The notes under the pieces are model-generated. The model saw only the letters and a program-made list of their open reading frames with translations. It was not told the origin of the DNA and did no database searches. A stretch of DNA of 64,000 bases from the human T2T-CHM13v2.0 reference genome, Homo sapiens. The DNA is taken from assembly GCF_009914755.1 (NCBI RefSeq), contig NC_060941.1. One strand, given 5' to 3'. A program made the translations under genes and the position numbers. Shown here piece by piece: positions 35,601 to 47,029 of the stretch. How positions within the stretch are numbered: the first letter of the stretch is position 1; every line of letters starts with the position of its first letter.

Positions 35601-37337
35601 GCGAGCCGCCCTTCCTCTGCGTAGCCGCTATTGTTTAAAGGGGTCGCAGCCTGACTGCCAGGAGCGGAGTGCGACTCGGCCCCTCCAATGCGCATGCGCA
35701 AGGCCCTGGCGCATGCTCCAGTCACAGTTATTCCCACGGTTGTCTTAGAAACCCGTCCCTGAGGCTTGGCAAAGTAGGAGCCCTCCGTGGCAGTGCTTGG
35801 GTGTCGGGGCTCCGAGGCTCCGGCCTGACCTCTCCACGGGGTCGACAGGAACATCTCTGGCTGCCAGGAGTCGCAAAGGGCCGACCAGGATGACGAAACC
35901 ACAGGCGAAGTCCGGGGGAAGCGGCATGGCATGCCAGCCTCAGGCCTGCCAGGACGGTGTTCGGGTGAGTCTCCCCAGAAGTCGTGCCCCCGTGATCTCA
36001 AGGACCGGTCTGCTTGCATGCCTATGGGCTGCTCTCTCACCTGAGGGTCGTTCTCATGTGGAGCAGAACCCTGCTGCCTCAGAGGTTGCCTTGGGGTGTG
36101 GTGTGTTTCTGTGCCAGTGCTGTATGACTGTGTGTTTTTGTTTCTGTGTGTGTGTGTGTGTGTGTGTGTCTCCTATTCTCTCCTCTCTCTCTGTCTCTTA
36201 CTCTTTCCCTCTCTCTGTCGGTTTGTTTGTGTCCTTGTGCGTGTGTTTGTTTGGACGAATGTGCCTTGTGCGCCAAAGAAGCTATTTTTGCATGTCGTCT
36301 GGTCTTTGTTGAGCCTCTTTCTGGGTCTCTGCCTGGGTCATGTGGCCGGCTGTCTATCGTTTTCTCGGCGTTTCCACTTTGGGTTCGTGGAGACCTCGAC
36401 CACGTGAGGAGATGCGTCAGTCCCGGGGCAATTGAAATCTCATCCCCATCCTGAGCAGCCTCTTTTCTAGGATCAATATGACCACACTCCAGCCAAGGAC
36501 AAAATGCTCACAGGAGGTCATTTTTCTGCAGGGGTGGAGCCAACCAAAGTCAAAGAAGATTGTTGTATCTTTTCACAGCTCTTCTCTGAGAACGAAGCCA
36601 CACAACGATAGAATCTTGAAGAAGAAGCTAGGAATGGGAGATGGCAACAATCCCTGTCACTGGAACACTGGTCTCTCTGGACAAGTCACCAGTTTGGCAC
36701 CCCTCCCCTTATGCCTGTACCGATGGCATGGTGCTATATCCTGCCTGGGCTCTGGCCTCTGCTCTGTCCTCCCTCTTGCTCTGTCTCCCCTGTTTCTGAG
36801 GGGCCTTGATGTTTCTTGATCTGTCTGAATGTCTTCAACAAAGACCACTTCCCAGTCCTCCAGGGCGACACTTCCTGGAGATCCGTGTCATGATTGTTTC
36901 TCCCTCCAAACCTGTTTCTGCTTGATTAGCCAGGGTTGATGATCCTGGGGCTCTTGGCTTCCATACGTATCTCAGACAGGGAAGCTAGCTTGGTCTCCAT
37001 GTTTCACCTCATGGGTGAGTGGATTGCCTAGAATGAGCAGTAGGTGACTGTGACTGGCCTTGTCTTCTAGGGCAGGGACATGTCGCATTTCCTCTGCACT
37101 TCCTGTCTCATTCTTGAGAAACATCCTCCCCTCTGCTCATGGGTGGACTGACTCCTTGAATCTTTTGGCTGTAATGAAAGTCAGGGATCCAATGGGACTG
37201 GGCTGGGGCTGGAGCTGGATGCAGGGGAGGTTCTGTCAGGGCTACCTGGGCATTGGAGGATTGGGGGTGGATTGAACTTTGCATAAACCTCTTTACTCCT
37301 CCAGCAGGCTTTTCAAAATGTGGCTTGGACTCATGCA
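32660..37337. repeat. Diverged edge units of the array (end of U14, U15, partial U16)
   Basis: Substitution density rises from ~32,660 and increases further in U16, with many CpG>TpG/CpA changes. There is a ~177-bp deletion at ~35,002, and homology ends at ~37,337. Confidence 0.9.
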
Positions 37338-38251
37338 ATAAGAAATTTACCGGTTGAAAGGGCCCCTTTTTCAATGGCACTCTGGGTAACATCGCTTCAG
37401 CACAATCATATGGTAGAGAAGCCTTATCAAATTTGCTGTCCCTCAGGGCTCTTAAAGATGCTTGATAAATTATTAGGGAAATAAGAAACAAATTGAAAGG
37501 AAAAGGAAATCCAAGGACCTGCCCCAGAAGAATCATAGATATGTTTGAATACTTATTCATTATTTGCCCCAGATAGAAAATGTTTGTTAATCAAAAGGCA
37601 AAAGTTATAATGAGGAAGATAATATTGCCTGGGGCAATGTTGAGACAAATAAGGTGAAGATCAACCAAACGCCCTGAGTCCTTTGGCCCAAATCCCTGCT
37701 GGGGACCCAAATACTTTTGATATAGCATCTTGCTACCTGAGGAACGCAAGGAGAATAATACTCATAAGCAGAGCCTCTGTTTTCCCATAGGACTGACTCT
37801 AACTATGTGAAGAACTGCTACATATTCTACAGTGCTTAATAGGCGGTGCCTATCTAACAGGAGCTGTTTGGCTTGTGGATAGCAGTTCCAAGATGAACAA
37901 ATGACATTGTGTTTGAAAGCCACTGCTCTTATTAAAGAAGAGTCAAGCAAATGTTTTTATTTTGAGTTATTTATAGTTTAGAAAAATTGGGTGAAGTGTG
38001 TTTTTGTGAGCAAATTTATTTTTCTCTAGGTTATCCGTAATTTGAAAGCTGTGAGTATTCTGATTAGGTGACAATATAGTTATTTGCTTAAGTACATCTT
38101 TTATTGTAAAATGGGACAAATGGAGACACTGGTTATTTTACCCAGGCTTTGACTAGAATAACTTAATTTTAGGTAAATCCCAACAAACCCAACTTAAGAG
38201 GAGTCTATATGACCAATTAATTGTTTCTGCACTTTAAGCAAATACTCAGGC

Positions 38252-38600
38252 TGTACTAGTCCCTTCTCACACTGCTATAAAGATATTACCTGAGACTGGG
38301 TAATTTATAAACAAGAGAGGTTTAACTGACAGTTCTGCATAGCCGGGGAGGCCTCAGAAAACTTACAGTTATGATAGAAAGGAAAGTAGGCACCTTCTTC
38401 AAAAGGTGGCAGGAGAGACTGTGTGTGTGTGTGTGTGTAAAGGATAAAATGTCAAACACTTATACAATCATCAGATTTCATAACTCACTATCATGAAAAC
38501 AGCATGGGTGAAACAACTCCCATGATACAATCACCTCCCACCAGGAGGGATGACAATTTGAAATGAGATTTGGGTGAGCACACAGAGTCAAGCCATATCA
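38252..38600 (-). mobile_element. MaLR solo LTR (THE1D/MSTA-like)
   Basis: Starts TGTACTAGTCCCTTCTCACACTGCTATAAAG...CCTGAGACTGGGTAATTTATAAA and ends GAGATTTGGGTG...CCATATCA. 5-bp TSD CAGGC/CAAGC. Confidence 0.85.
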
Positions 38601-38753
38601 CAAGCCAACCATAATAAGCCTAAAACTTATTTTTCACACAAATTGTTCTCACTATGACTTCTCCTACAGATTGTTTCAAGGGAAAAGGGTAATGCTTGTT
38701 ACTAAATGTCAGCTCTGGCTTTTATTTTATTGAGTACAAATTGAATCATAAAA

Positions 38754-40270
38754 TTTTTTTATTTTATTTTATTTTCCTTTAAGTTCCAGAATACATGTGC
38801 AGAATGTGCAGGTTTGTTAAGTAGGTATACACGTGCCATGGTAGTTTGCTATACCTATTGACCCATCCTTTAAGTTCCCTCCCCTCACCCCTCACCCCCC
38901 AACAGGCCCTGGTGTGTGCTTTTCTGCTCCCTGTGTCCATGTGTTCTCATTGTTCAACTTCCACTTATGAGTGAGAACATGTGGTGTTTGGTTTTCTGTT
39001 CCTGTTTTAGTTTGCTAAGGATGATGGCTTCCAGCTTCATCAATGTCCATGCAAAGGGCATGATCTCATTCCTTTTATGGCTGCATAGTATTCCATGATG
39101 TATATGTACTACATTTTGTTTATCCAGTCTATCCTTGATGGGCATTTGGACTAGTTCCATGACTTTGCTATTGTAAATAGTGCTGCAATAAACATATGTG
39201 TGCATGTGTCTTTAGAGTAGAATAATTTATATTATTTTGGGTATATATCCAGTAATGGGGCTGCTGGGTCAAATGGTATTTCTGGTTTTAGATCCTTGAG
39301 GAATCGTCATACTGTCTTCCACAATGGTTGAACTAATTTACATGCCCACCAACAGTGTAAAAGCATTCCTATTTCTCCACAGCCTGGTCAGCTTCTACTG
39401 TTTCTTGATTTTTTAATAACTGCCATCCGACTGGTGTTAGATGGTATCTCATTGTAGTTTTGATTTGCATTTCTCAAATAATCAGTGATGTTGAGCTTTT
39501 TTTATATATTTGTTGGCCATGTAAATATCTTCTTTGGAGAAGTGTCTGTTCATGTTCTTTGCTCATTTTTTGATTGGGTTATTTGTTTTTTTCTTGTGAA
39601 TTTGTTTAATTTCCTTGTCAATTCTGGCTATTAGACCTTTGTCAGATGGGTAGATTGCAAAATTTTTCTCCCATTCTGTTGTTTGCCTATTCACTCTGAT
39701 GATAGTTTCTTTTGCTGTGCAGAAGCTCTTTAGTTTACTTAGATCTCATTTGTCAATCTTGGCTTCTGTTGCAGTTGCTTTTGGCATTTTTGTCATGAAG
39801 TCTTTGCTCATGCCTATGTCCTGAATGGTATTGCCCAGGTTTTCTTCTAGTGTTTTTATGGTTTGGGGCTTGACATTTAAGTCTTATGTTTAAGGTTTAA
39901 AGTCTTAAGTTTAAGGTTTAAGGAAGGGTTCCAGTTTCAGTTTTCTGCATATGGCCAGTGAATTTTCCCAGCCCTATTTATTGAATAGGAGATTCTTTCT
40001 TCATTGCTTCTTTTTGTCAGGTTTGTTGAAGATCATATGGATGTAGATGTGTGGTGTTATTTCTGAGGTCTTTGTTCTGTTTCATTAGTGTATATGTCTG
40101 TTTTGGTACAAGTACCATGCTGTGTTGGTTAGTGTAGCCTTGTAGTATAGTTTGAAGTAGTGTGATGCCTCCAACTTTGTTCTTTTTGCTATTCCAAACA
40201 ATTGAAAAGGAGTGACTTCCCCCTAACTCATTTTATGAAGCCAGCATCATCATGATAGCAGAATCAGGAA

Positions 40271-40309
<39 letters not shown>

Positions 40310-41305
40310 CAGGCCAATATCCCTGATGAACATCGATGCACAAATCCTCAATAAAATACTAGCAAACCGAATTCAGCGGCATATCAAAACACTTATCTAC
40401 CACAATCAAGTCAGCTTCATCCCTGGGATGCAAGACTGTTCCACCATGCACAAATAAATAAACATAATCCATCAACATAAACAGAACCAAAGACAAAAAC
40501 CACGTGATTATCTCAATAGGTGCAGAAAAGGCCTTTGATAAAATTCCACACCACTTCATGTTAAAAACTCTCAATAAACTAGGTATTGATGGAACATATC
40601 TCAAAATAATAAGAGCTATTTATGACAACCCTACAGCCAATATCACAGTCAATGGGCAAAAGCTGTAAGCATTGCCTTTGAAAACTGGTACAAGACAAGG
40701 AAGCCCTCTCTCACCACTTCTATTCAACATAGTATTGGAAGTTCTGGCAAGGGCAATCAGGCAAGAGGAAGAAATAAAGGGTATTCATATAGGAAGAGAG
40801 GAAGTCAAGTTGCCTCTGATTGCAGATGATATGCTGCTATATTTAGAAAACTCCATAATCTCAGCCCCAAAACCCCTTAAACTGATAAGCAACTTCAGCA
40901 AAGTCTCATGATATAAAATCAATGTCCAAAAATCACAAGCATTCCTTTACACCAACAATAGACAAGTAGAGAGACAAATAATGAATGAACTCCCATTCAC
41001 AATTGCTAAAAAAATGAATAAAATACCTAGAAATACAGCTAACAAGGGATGTGAAAGACCTCTTCAAGGAGAACTACAAACCACTGCTCAAGGAAATAAG
41101 AGGACATACACAAATGGAAAAAGATTCCATCCCCATGGATAGGAAAAATCAATACTATAAAAATAGCCATATTGCCCAAAGTAATTTATAGATTCAGTGC
41201 TATTCCCATCAAACTACCACTGACATTCTTCACAAAATTAGAAAAATCTACTTTAAATTTCATACAGAACCAAAGAAGACCCCGTATAGCCAAGATGATC
41301 CTGAG
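38754..41305 (-). mobile_element. L1PA (L1PA7/8-like), 5'-truncated with 5' inversion
   Basis: A T-rich tail and L1 3' UTR/ORF2 end lie on the minus strand at 38,754-40,190. ORF2 RT-region sequence lies on the plus strand at 40,191-41,305; ORF 40672-40911 reads [28 protein letters not shown]...ADDM. Possible degenerate TSD GAATCATAAAA/GAATCCTGAAA. Confidence 0.9.
40272..40307. repeat. (AC)18 microsatellite inside L1 ORF2
   Basis: Perfect AC run read directly from the sequence. Confidence 0.95.
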
Positions 41306-42304
41306 AATCCTGAAAGTTTTCATAGTTATAATAATCTTCTAATGAGTACAGGATTATCATTTTTCTTCATATTTTCAGTTGGTGACCTAATGAAATAGCG
41401 TATTTTTTCTCTTTTGACACACAAGTACTCTTCTGATGGTCAAAATAGTAAGTTATTTATCTCTCCTTGTTTCACTTCAAAGGAAACCAGAATCATGGCA
41501 TTCTGAAAGTTAGAGATGCAAATCTCCATTATTTGGCATCCCACTGGACCCGATCTGTTTTTCATTGCAAATGTCCTGCTGCTAAGACTATGCAAGGACC
41601 CTCCCTCTAGGCCCAGAGACTGTTGCAGAGGAGATGGGTGCATGAGATTGTAAGGGCTGGTTATGAGGGATACAGTTAGCTCAGACACTCCAAATCAAGG
41701 AGGGTACACAGGTGCCTAAACAGCTTGTAAAACAAAGAACTTTGCTTTCTCAGCTATTATGTGGCACCTTTTTATCCACCCCAACCATGAAAAATGTCCT
41801 GCTTCCTGGAATTAAAACAAAATAATTATTAAGAGGATAAAGATACCTCATGACCAAGCCTCCTGGGCATAATACTCCCAGTTATAAGTTTTGCAGATAT
41901 ATATATATTTAGATATATAAAATTATTTTTTAGAAAAATGTATATGTTTTGTATAGTTAATCACTGTAAGTCTGTAATGAAAACCAAGATTATAGTAGCT
42001 CAATGCATAGAAGTGAAAGAAAAGTCAATTTTTGTAAACTCGCCATTGGCTTTTTGTTTTTGGCTCTTTACTTTAAATATATCTTTTAAGGGGTAATGAA
42101 TGCCTGTCCGAGTCCATTCCTGTCTTTCCTAGAACGCTTACTTGTCTATAAGTATTTGACTTCAAGTCCCTCCACCATAGAGAGTCTCACTGAAGGGCAG
42201 GATGGACACAGGGCAGGCAGATATGCCACCCAAGCAGTGCTAGGGGAAAAAAAATAATAGCCATTGATGCTGATGCTGGCAAATATTGGCCATAAATGGA
42301 AGAA

Positions 42305-42908
42305 TGTAAGCCAAAAATAAAATTCTAAGCCCTTCAACCATCTGAATGTACCCCTCCTCTCGGCCATAGGAATTCCAGATTGAAACTGAAAATCTTGTTC
42401 AGGCCATGATGGAAGAGAGCATTGGACATGCCTCATTATATTTCTCTAGCATTAACATCAACACAGACCTTAAGACATCAACATCAGACCTAAGAGTCTG
42501 ATCAGAAATATTTAACATCTATTTTCTCTGAAGCCTGCTACCTGGAGGCTTTATCTGCCTGATAATATCTAGGTTTCTCCAACTCCTTATCTTAACCCAG
42601 ACATTCCTTTCTACTGATAATAACTCTTTCAACCAATTGCCAATCAGAAAATTTTAAAATCTACCTATAACCTGGAAGTCCCCACTTCGAGTTGTCCTGC
42701 ACTTCCAGACTGAAACAATATATACCTTACATGTATTGACTGATGTCTCATGTCTCCCTAAAATGTGTAAAACTAGGCTGTGCCCTGACCATCTTGTGCA
42801 CATGTTCTCAGGGTCTCCTGAGGGCTGTGTCATGGCCCATTGGTCACTTATATTTGGCTCAGAATAAATCTCTTCAAATATTTTAGAGTTTGACTCTTTT
42901 TGTTGACC
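42305..42908 (+). mobile_element. MER4-family LTR (MER4B/D/E-like), the 3' LTR of the preceding internal region
   Basis: Starts TGTAAGCCAAAAATAAAATTCTAAGCCC and ends AATAAATCTCTTCAAATATTTTAGAGTTTGACTCTTTTTGTTGAC. Confidence 0.8.
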
Positions 42909-43168
42909 AGTCACTCCCTAGTAAGTTTAGGAGCAGGGATCTGACAGCAACCATATCATGCTCAGAAACAGCATTCTCTCATCCACTGTCCCCAGGCTCT
43001 GCAGAACCCAGGGTCCTGGTATCCATAACCCAAGGAAATGGGAAGGAGTCATGAGCTCTTGGGCTTTCTCATTCTCTGAAAATGGACAATTGATAACTAG
43101 CCGTGATTTTGTTTAGAAGTATAAATAAATGTCACATTTCTAAGCAAAATCAAGTCTAGTTTCAAATG

Positions 43169-43632
43169 TGTGAAAGGAAAATAGAAACTTGGGACCCCAA
43201 TTCACTCTGCCAAAAGGAGAAAGTTAAGCTGAAAGCTGAGTCATGTGAGAAGCTGACTTTCCTTTTGCTCTTAAGCACACAGCTCCAGATAGAAGGTAAA
43301 ATATTCCCACAGGTAGGTGCTCTGTCCTCATCTTACCTTATGTGAAGTGCTGATTTACTGAGCATAAGATGAATACCAAATTGACTATTCCCCTGCCTTA
43401 TCCTTTTCTTTTGCAATGTGTGGATTCAGTAATGTGACCATACCCTTCCTCTTTCCCCTCCAGCAAACTCTTCCCCTTTAAGTATTGAAGCCTCAGCATC
43501 ATTTTTGGAAAAAGGCACAGACCACAGATTGTTTCTATTATTCTGTGTTTTTTCCTTCCAACTTGTCCTTAATCTTGGCAAAATAAACTTCTAAATTGAT
43601 TGATACCTGTCTCAGATACTTACTCGTTTATG
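43169..43632 (+). mobile_element. MER4C-like solo LTR
   Basis: TGTGAAAGGAAAATAG...GGGACCCCAATTCAC...AAGCTGAAAGCTGAGTCATG...AATAAACTTCTAAATTGATTGA...CTGTCTCAGATAC. Confidence 0.8.
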
Positions 43633-44387
43633 AATATTAGAAGCAGTTTGTGTTCTCGTCGTATGTGTTATTACAGCTATCCCTTTTTATCCAACCTTTT
43701 ACTATCAAGCTCAATAATCTAATAAAATCAGATAACTTTTTAGGTGAGTCCCTTTCTATATAAACTCTTGCTATTCATACTGGAGCTACATTCATTTGGA
43801 TAGTGCTCTCCCTCCTGAGTCAAGCTTGGTGCCTGACTCTCCCTATCCAAATCAGAAGCCAAATAGACTTGGAAGGTTCAGGCAGTCAGTGTACACAGAA
43901 CACACACGACCTTTTCGTTTAGCCATCGCTAGTTATCTCTAGTAGGTGTAATAAGGAGAAATGTTTACTTTTCAAATACATTGCTGTGGTGTTTTAATTT
44001 TTACAAGCATGTTTACATAACTAATTTTTATAAAATACACCTGTTGCTGGATACCTCTTGTTCCTATCTTGATAACCATCACCGAGATTTGCAAAGGAGG
44101 CCTTGCTCAAATATTTGGAAACTAATGCCCTCAGGGAGATGTCCACCAGCCTTGTTCCTCTCATTCCTATTTAAAGATTGTAATGTCATTGGGTCTTTCC
44201 CTAGGGTGGCCCCTGGTTTTCCAGGCTGGACACTCCTGTGTTGAAGATGCATCGACTCACGTACTGCATTAATGTTTTAGATTTTACTGTGAAGCAAACA
44301 ATTCACTCCTCAGACCCTCAGTCACCCAAGTCCACATCTGGACTTGAGGTTTGGCTTCTCTGGTCCTAACTGGGACTTATCTGACCC

Positions 44388-44840
44388 TGACAGGAGATAA
44401 CTTCAGTAGGGACTTTCCCTAATAGCAAACATGCACACTTCAACTTGGCTTGCCCTGAAGGTAACATTTACTCATTATAATGGTAAAAAAAAAACACACC
44501 CCTGGGTGGAGATTTCAGACATTACTAAGACGTGTGATATATGTACTAGCGTGTATGACCATACAGCATGTGCACCCAGGAGACCACCCAAAACATGTTT
44601 GCTAGTAACACCCCTTCACAACCCCTTTCATGAATAATCATATAAGACCCTCATAAGGGAGCTTCCCCAGTGCCGATCAACGCTGTTTCTTTTTCCAAGC
44701 AGCCCGCTCTGACTTGGCTTTTAGAGGGTACTCTCTCTTTAAATAAACTCTGCAGCTGCTTCACTGTCACTGATTACTTCTTGGCTGAATTCTTTCCTTC
44801 AAGAAGACAAGAACTGAAGACCCCACACCTTCCGGTAACA
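44388..44840 (+). mobile_element. ERV1 LTR (MER83/MER84-like)
   Basis: Contains ACACACCCCTGGGTGGAGATTT, CATGTGCACCCAG, GAATAATCAT and AATAAA, and ends GGTAACA. The 5' boundary is approximate. Confidence 0.6.
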
Positions 44841-45859
44841 TTACCAACTCTTTCTCCTTTTTCTCTGGAGCTGGTGCTCAGATGGTGAGAGCCCTGAGCT
44901 AATAGTCCCAGGGTGGGAGCCTGTTTGCCCCTGTCTGGTCCTCAGCAATGTCCTTGGTCAGCTTCCTGGCAAGAGCTGTCGATTACCAGAGGGAACAAGT
45001 GATCAGCACCAGAGTCGATCACTTCACAGAGGAGCTGAAGTGGACAGGGTCAGCTCAGGCCTCACGGACTAGGGCGGGAATGTCCCGTGACGGCAGGTCA
45101 GTGTCTTAGCTTCCTTTGAGGCACCTCTTCATAGACTGCAGGGATCATTTAGGTAAGAATATAGCCTGCTGACTTTTACACCTTGCTGAAAATCTTTGCT
45201 AATAGCAATCTGTTAGCTGTGAAAATTACCATTGTTTTTTATTTTTCGTTTTGTTCCTTATTACTGAAGATATTCTATGGAGCGTTAAAGCCTCCTGCGG
45301 TAAGAAACTAGTAAAGAAACATACTGTTTGCAGGAAGGAAAATTACCCACAATTCTTGTTCTCTAAGGTGCGTGGTTATCATTCCAACAGCCATTCTCAG
45401 CAATGAACTGAAGACCCTCAGATGTGTTTCATTCCCTTAGTATTTTAATCCTCTCCTCCACTCTCAATTGCCACTTCTCCCGTGAATGAGGGGAGAGGGG
45501 TTGGGAGGGACATCTCCTGTCTTGGGCCCACAGATTTTAAAGTTCAAGTCAGAAGCTCCAGTGATTTCCTGTATGTAGTAGTCAGGGGCAAGACAGATCT
45601 GTGGTTGGTAGTCTTTCCTTCTCTGTACATCTGCCAGCCTCTCTCCTCAAGCTGGGGCTTCATGGAGTCCCAGAACTTTGAACCTGAAGTAGTGTCAGCA
45701 GCCATGTTGCAGCTGGAGTCAGGCCAATTGTTGGTCTTGCTCCCTCGTGACTGGGACACTTGGAAGAGCCAAATGGGCAGGCTTGGAGAGCGTGTACTTT
45801 TGGAACTGAAGTGTATCTTAAACCATTTCATTGCAACTACGTGTGTGTGTTGGGAGGAT

Positions 45860-46060
45860 GCATAACAGCCTCACTGAGGGGTGACTGACATATAATAGAA
45901 GGACTTGTGCACCCGTGAAACCATCACTGTTATCAAGACAGCGAGCATGTCCATCCCCCATAGGTTTTCTTGTGCTCCTTTGTGATCCCTTCCTCCTGCC
46001 TCTCCTGCCATGCTCCACCCCAAGCAACCACTGATCTGCTTTCTGTCACAATATATAGAT
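45860..46060 (-). mobile_element. Old L1M 3'-end fragment
   Basis: CCCGTGAAACCATCAC...GCAACCACTGATCTGCTTTCTGTCAC is typical of L1M 3' UTRs. Confidence 0.6.
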
Positions 46061-47029
46061 TGGAAAACTACTTATAATACCAGTTCTAACCTCATCAAGC
46101 AAATACTTTCTTTTTGTCAGTTGAACTTTTCATTGTGTGTTCAACATTCTTGATTCAGAAAGAGTGAGAGAGAAAGGCTGGTGTGGGCCCTTCCTGGGAG
46201 GCCTGGCCCTATCCACAGCTCCAGTGTGGCTCACGTGCCCTGGAGCCCCTGCCCACAGGACAGTCCTGACTGCTCATCCACAAGCTTTGTGGTATCCTCT
46301 ACCATTCCTAGGCAGGCTCTGTACAGTGCAGAACTTTCTCCCAGTCCTTGCACCAAAATAACAAATGTCAGAGATAGTACATTTGGAGCCAGTGGCTGTG
46401 CCTCACCTCTAGATGCCTGTAATACTGAGCTGCTAAGCAAGAGGTCCCTCCCTTCTTGCCCTTTTCTTGGGGCCTCATCCCTTGTGCTCTGCTCTTCCTC
46501 ACACAGGATATATCTTCTGATTGCTCCTCTCCCACCTCCTGCAGTCCCTGGACCCCCATGGCAATACAAACAGACTCTTCTATATCCTCAGTCCATTGCA
46601 GGACCACAGCTCTGACCTGGCTGTCCTCTGTTTTCCAAGCCCTGCACCTGTGGAGTTGGGAATTAGCACCCACTTGACCCCATTGTGGCATCAGGCCCAC
46701 CCTCCCCAATGCAGGAAGAGTTCCAGATGTTGGGGAGCTATGGCATTATCCTGCACACATATCATGTCCTGGCCTGGGAAAGTGATGATGATGATATTTT
46801 CCCACAAAATAGACAATAACATCATGAAAGTGCCTTGTTCATTTTCTAGCATAAAATATATATCAAAGCAGTGGGGTTTAGTAGGCATACGTAGATTTAA
46901 AAGCTCCTCAGAAGGCAGGGAATGATTTCTTCAACAGAAAAAAAAACTACCCCAAAAGGAGAATCTCAATACTTTGGTTGATAGTAAATTAAGAATCCCT
47001 CAAGAAATTCAGTAGGAGAGGGAAAAGAT

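Larger units (their letters stand above)
1..37337. repeat. SST1/NBL2 (MER22)-family macrosatellite array, ~2.35-kb units; array continues past the left window edge
   Basis: Identical ORF sets recur at unit markers 59, 2412, 4785, 7136, 9513, 11866, 14231, 16552, 18905, 21258, 23625, 25946, 28299, 30668, 33040 and ~35224 (U1-U16). Periods are 2353, 2373, 2351, 2377, 2353, 2365, 2321, 2353, 2353, 2367, 2321, 2353, 2369, 2372 and ~2184. Segments such as CCTGACCTCTCCACGGGGTC and CCCAGCCTCAGGCCTGCCAGGACGGTGTT, plus the internal (TG)n, match my recollection of SST1. The tandem structure is certain; the family name is from memory. Confidence 0.9.
37338..42304 (+). mobile_element. MER4-group ERV1 internal sequence (3' part), interrupted by a THE1/MST LTR and an L1
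   Basis: Segments such as TTTTATTTTGAGTTATTTATAG, GTGAGTATTCT, ACTGGTTATTTTACCCAGGCTTTGACT and CCCTCCCTCTAGGCCCAG resemble MER4-group internal consensus as I recall it. The region ends in a purine-rich tract directly before a MER4 LTR. Confidence 0.65.

Noticed and set aside
59-37275. Hundreds of 60-260 aa ORFs repeated with each unit
   Set aside because: They overlap in all six frames, are Arg/Gly/Pro/Ser-rich as expected for GC-rich DNA, and show no domain. Many start at non-ATG codons, and they are broken by indels in the edge units.
1-37337. CRISPR, rDNA, 5S, tRNA or snRNA-gene tandem array, or D4Z4/DXZ4
   Set aside because: No repeat-spacer structure, no recognisable structural RNA or homeobox ORF, and the unit sequence fits SST1.
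45544-45705. ATG-initiated 53-aa minus-strand ORF MAADTTSGSKFW... with GCAACATGG context
   Set aside because: No recognisable homology and no evidence of transcription; an ORF of this length is expected by chance.
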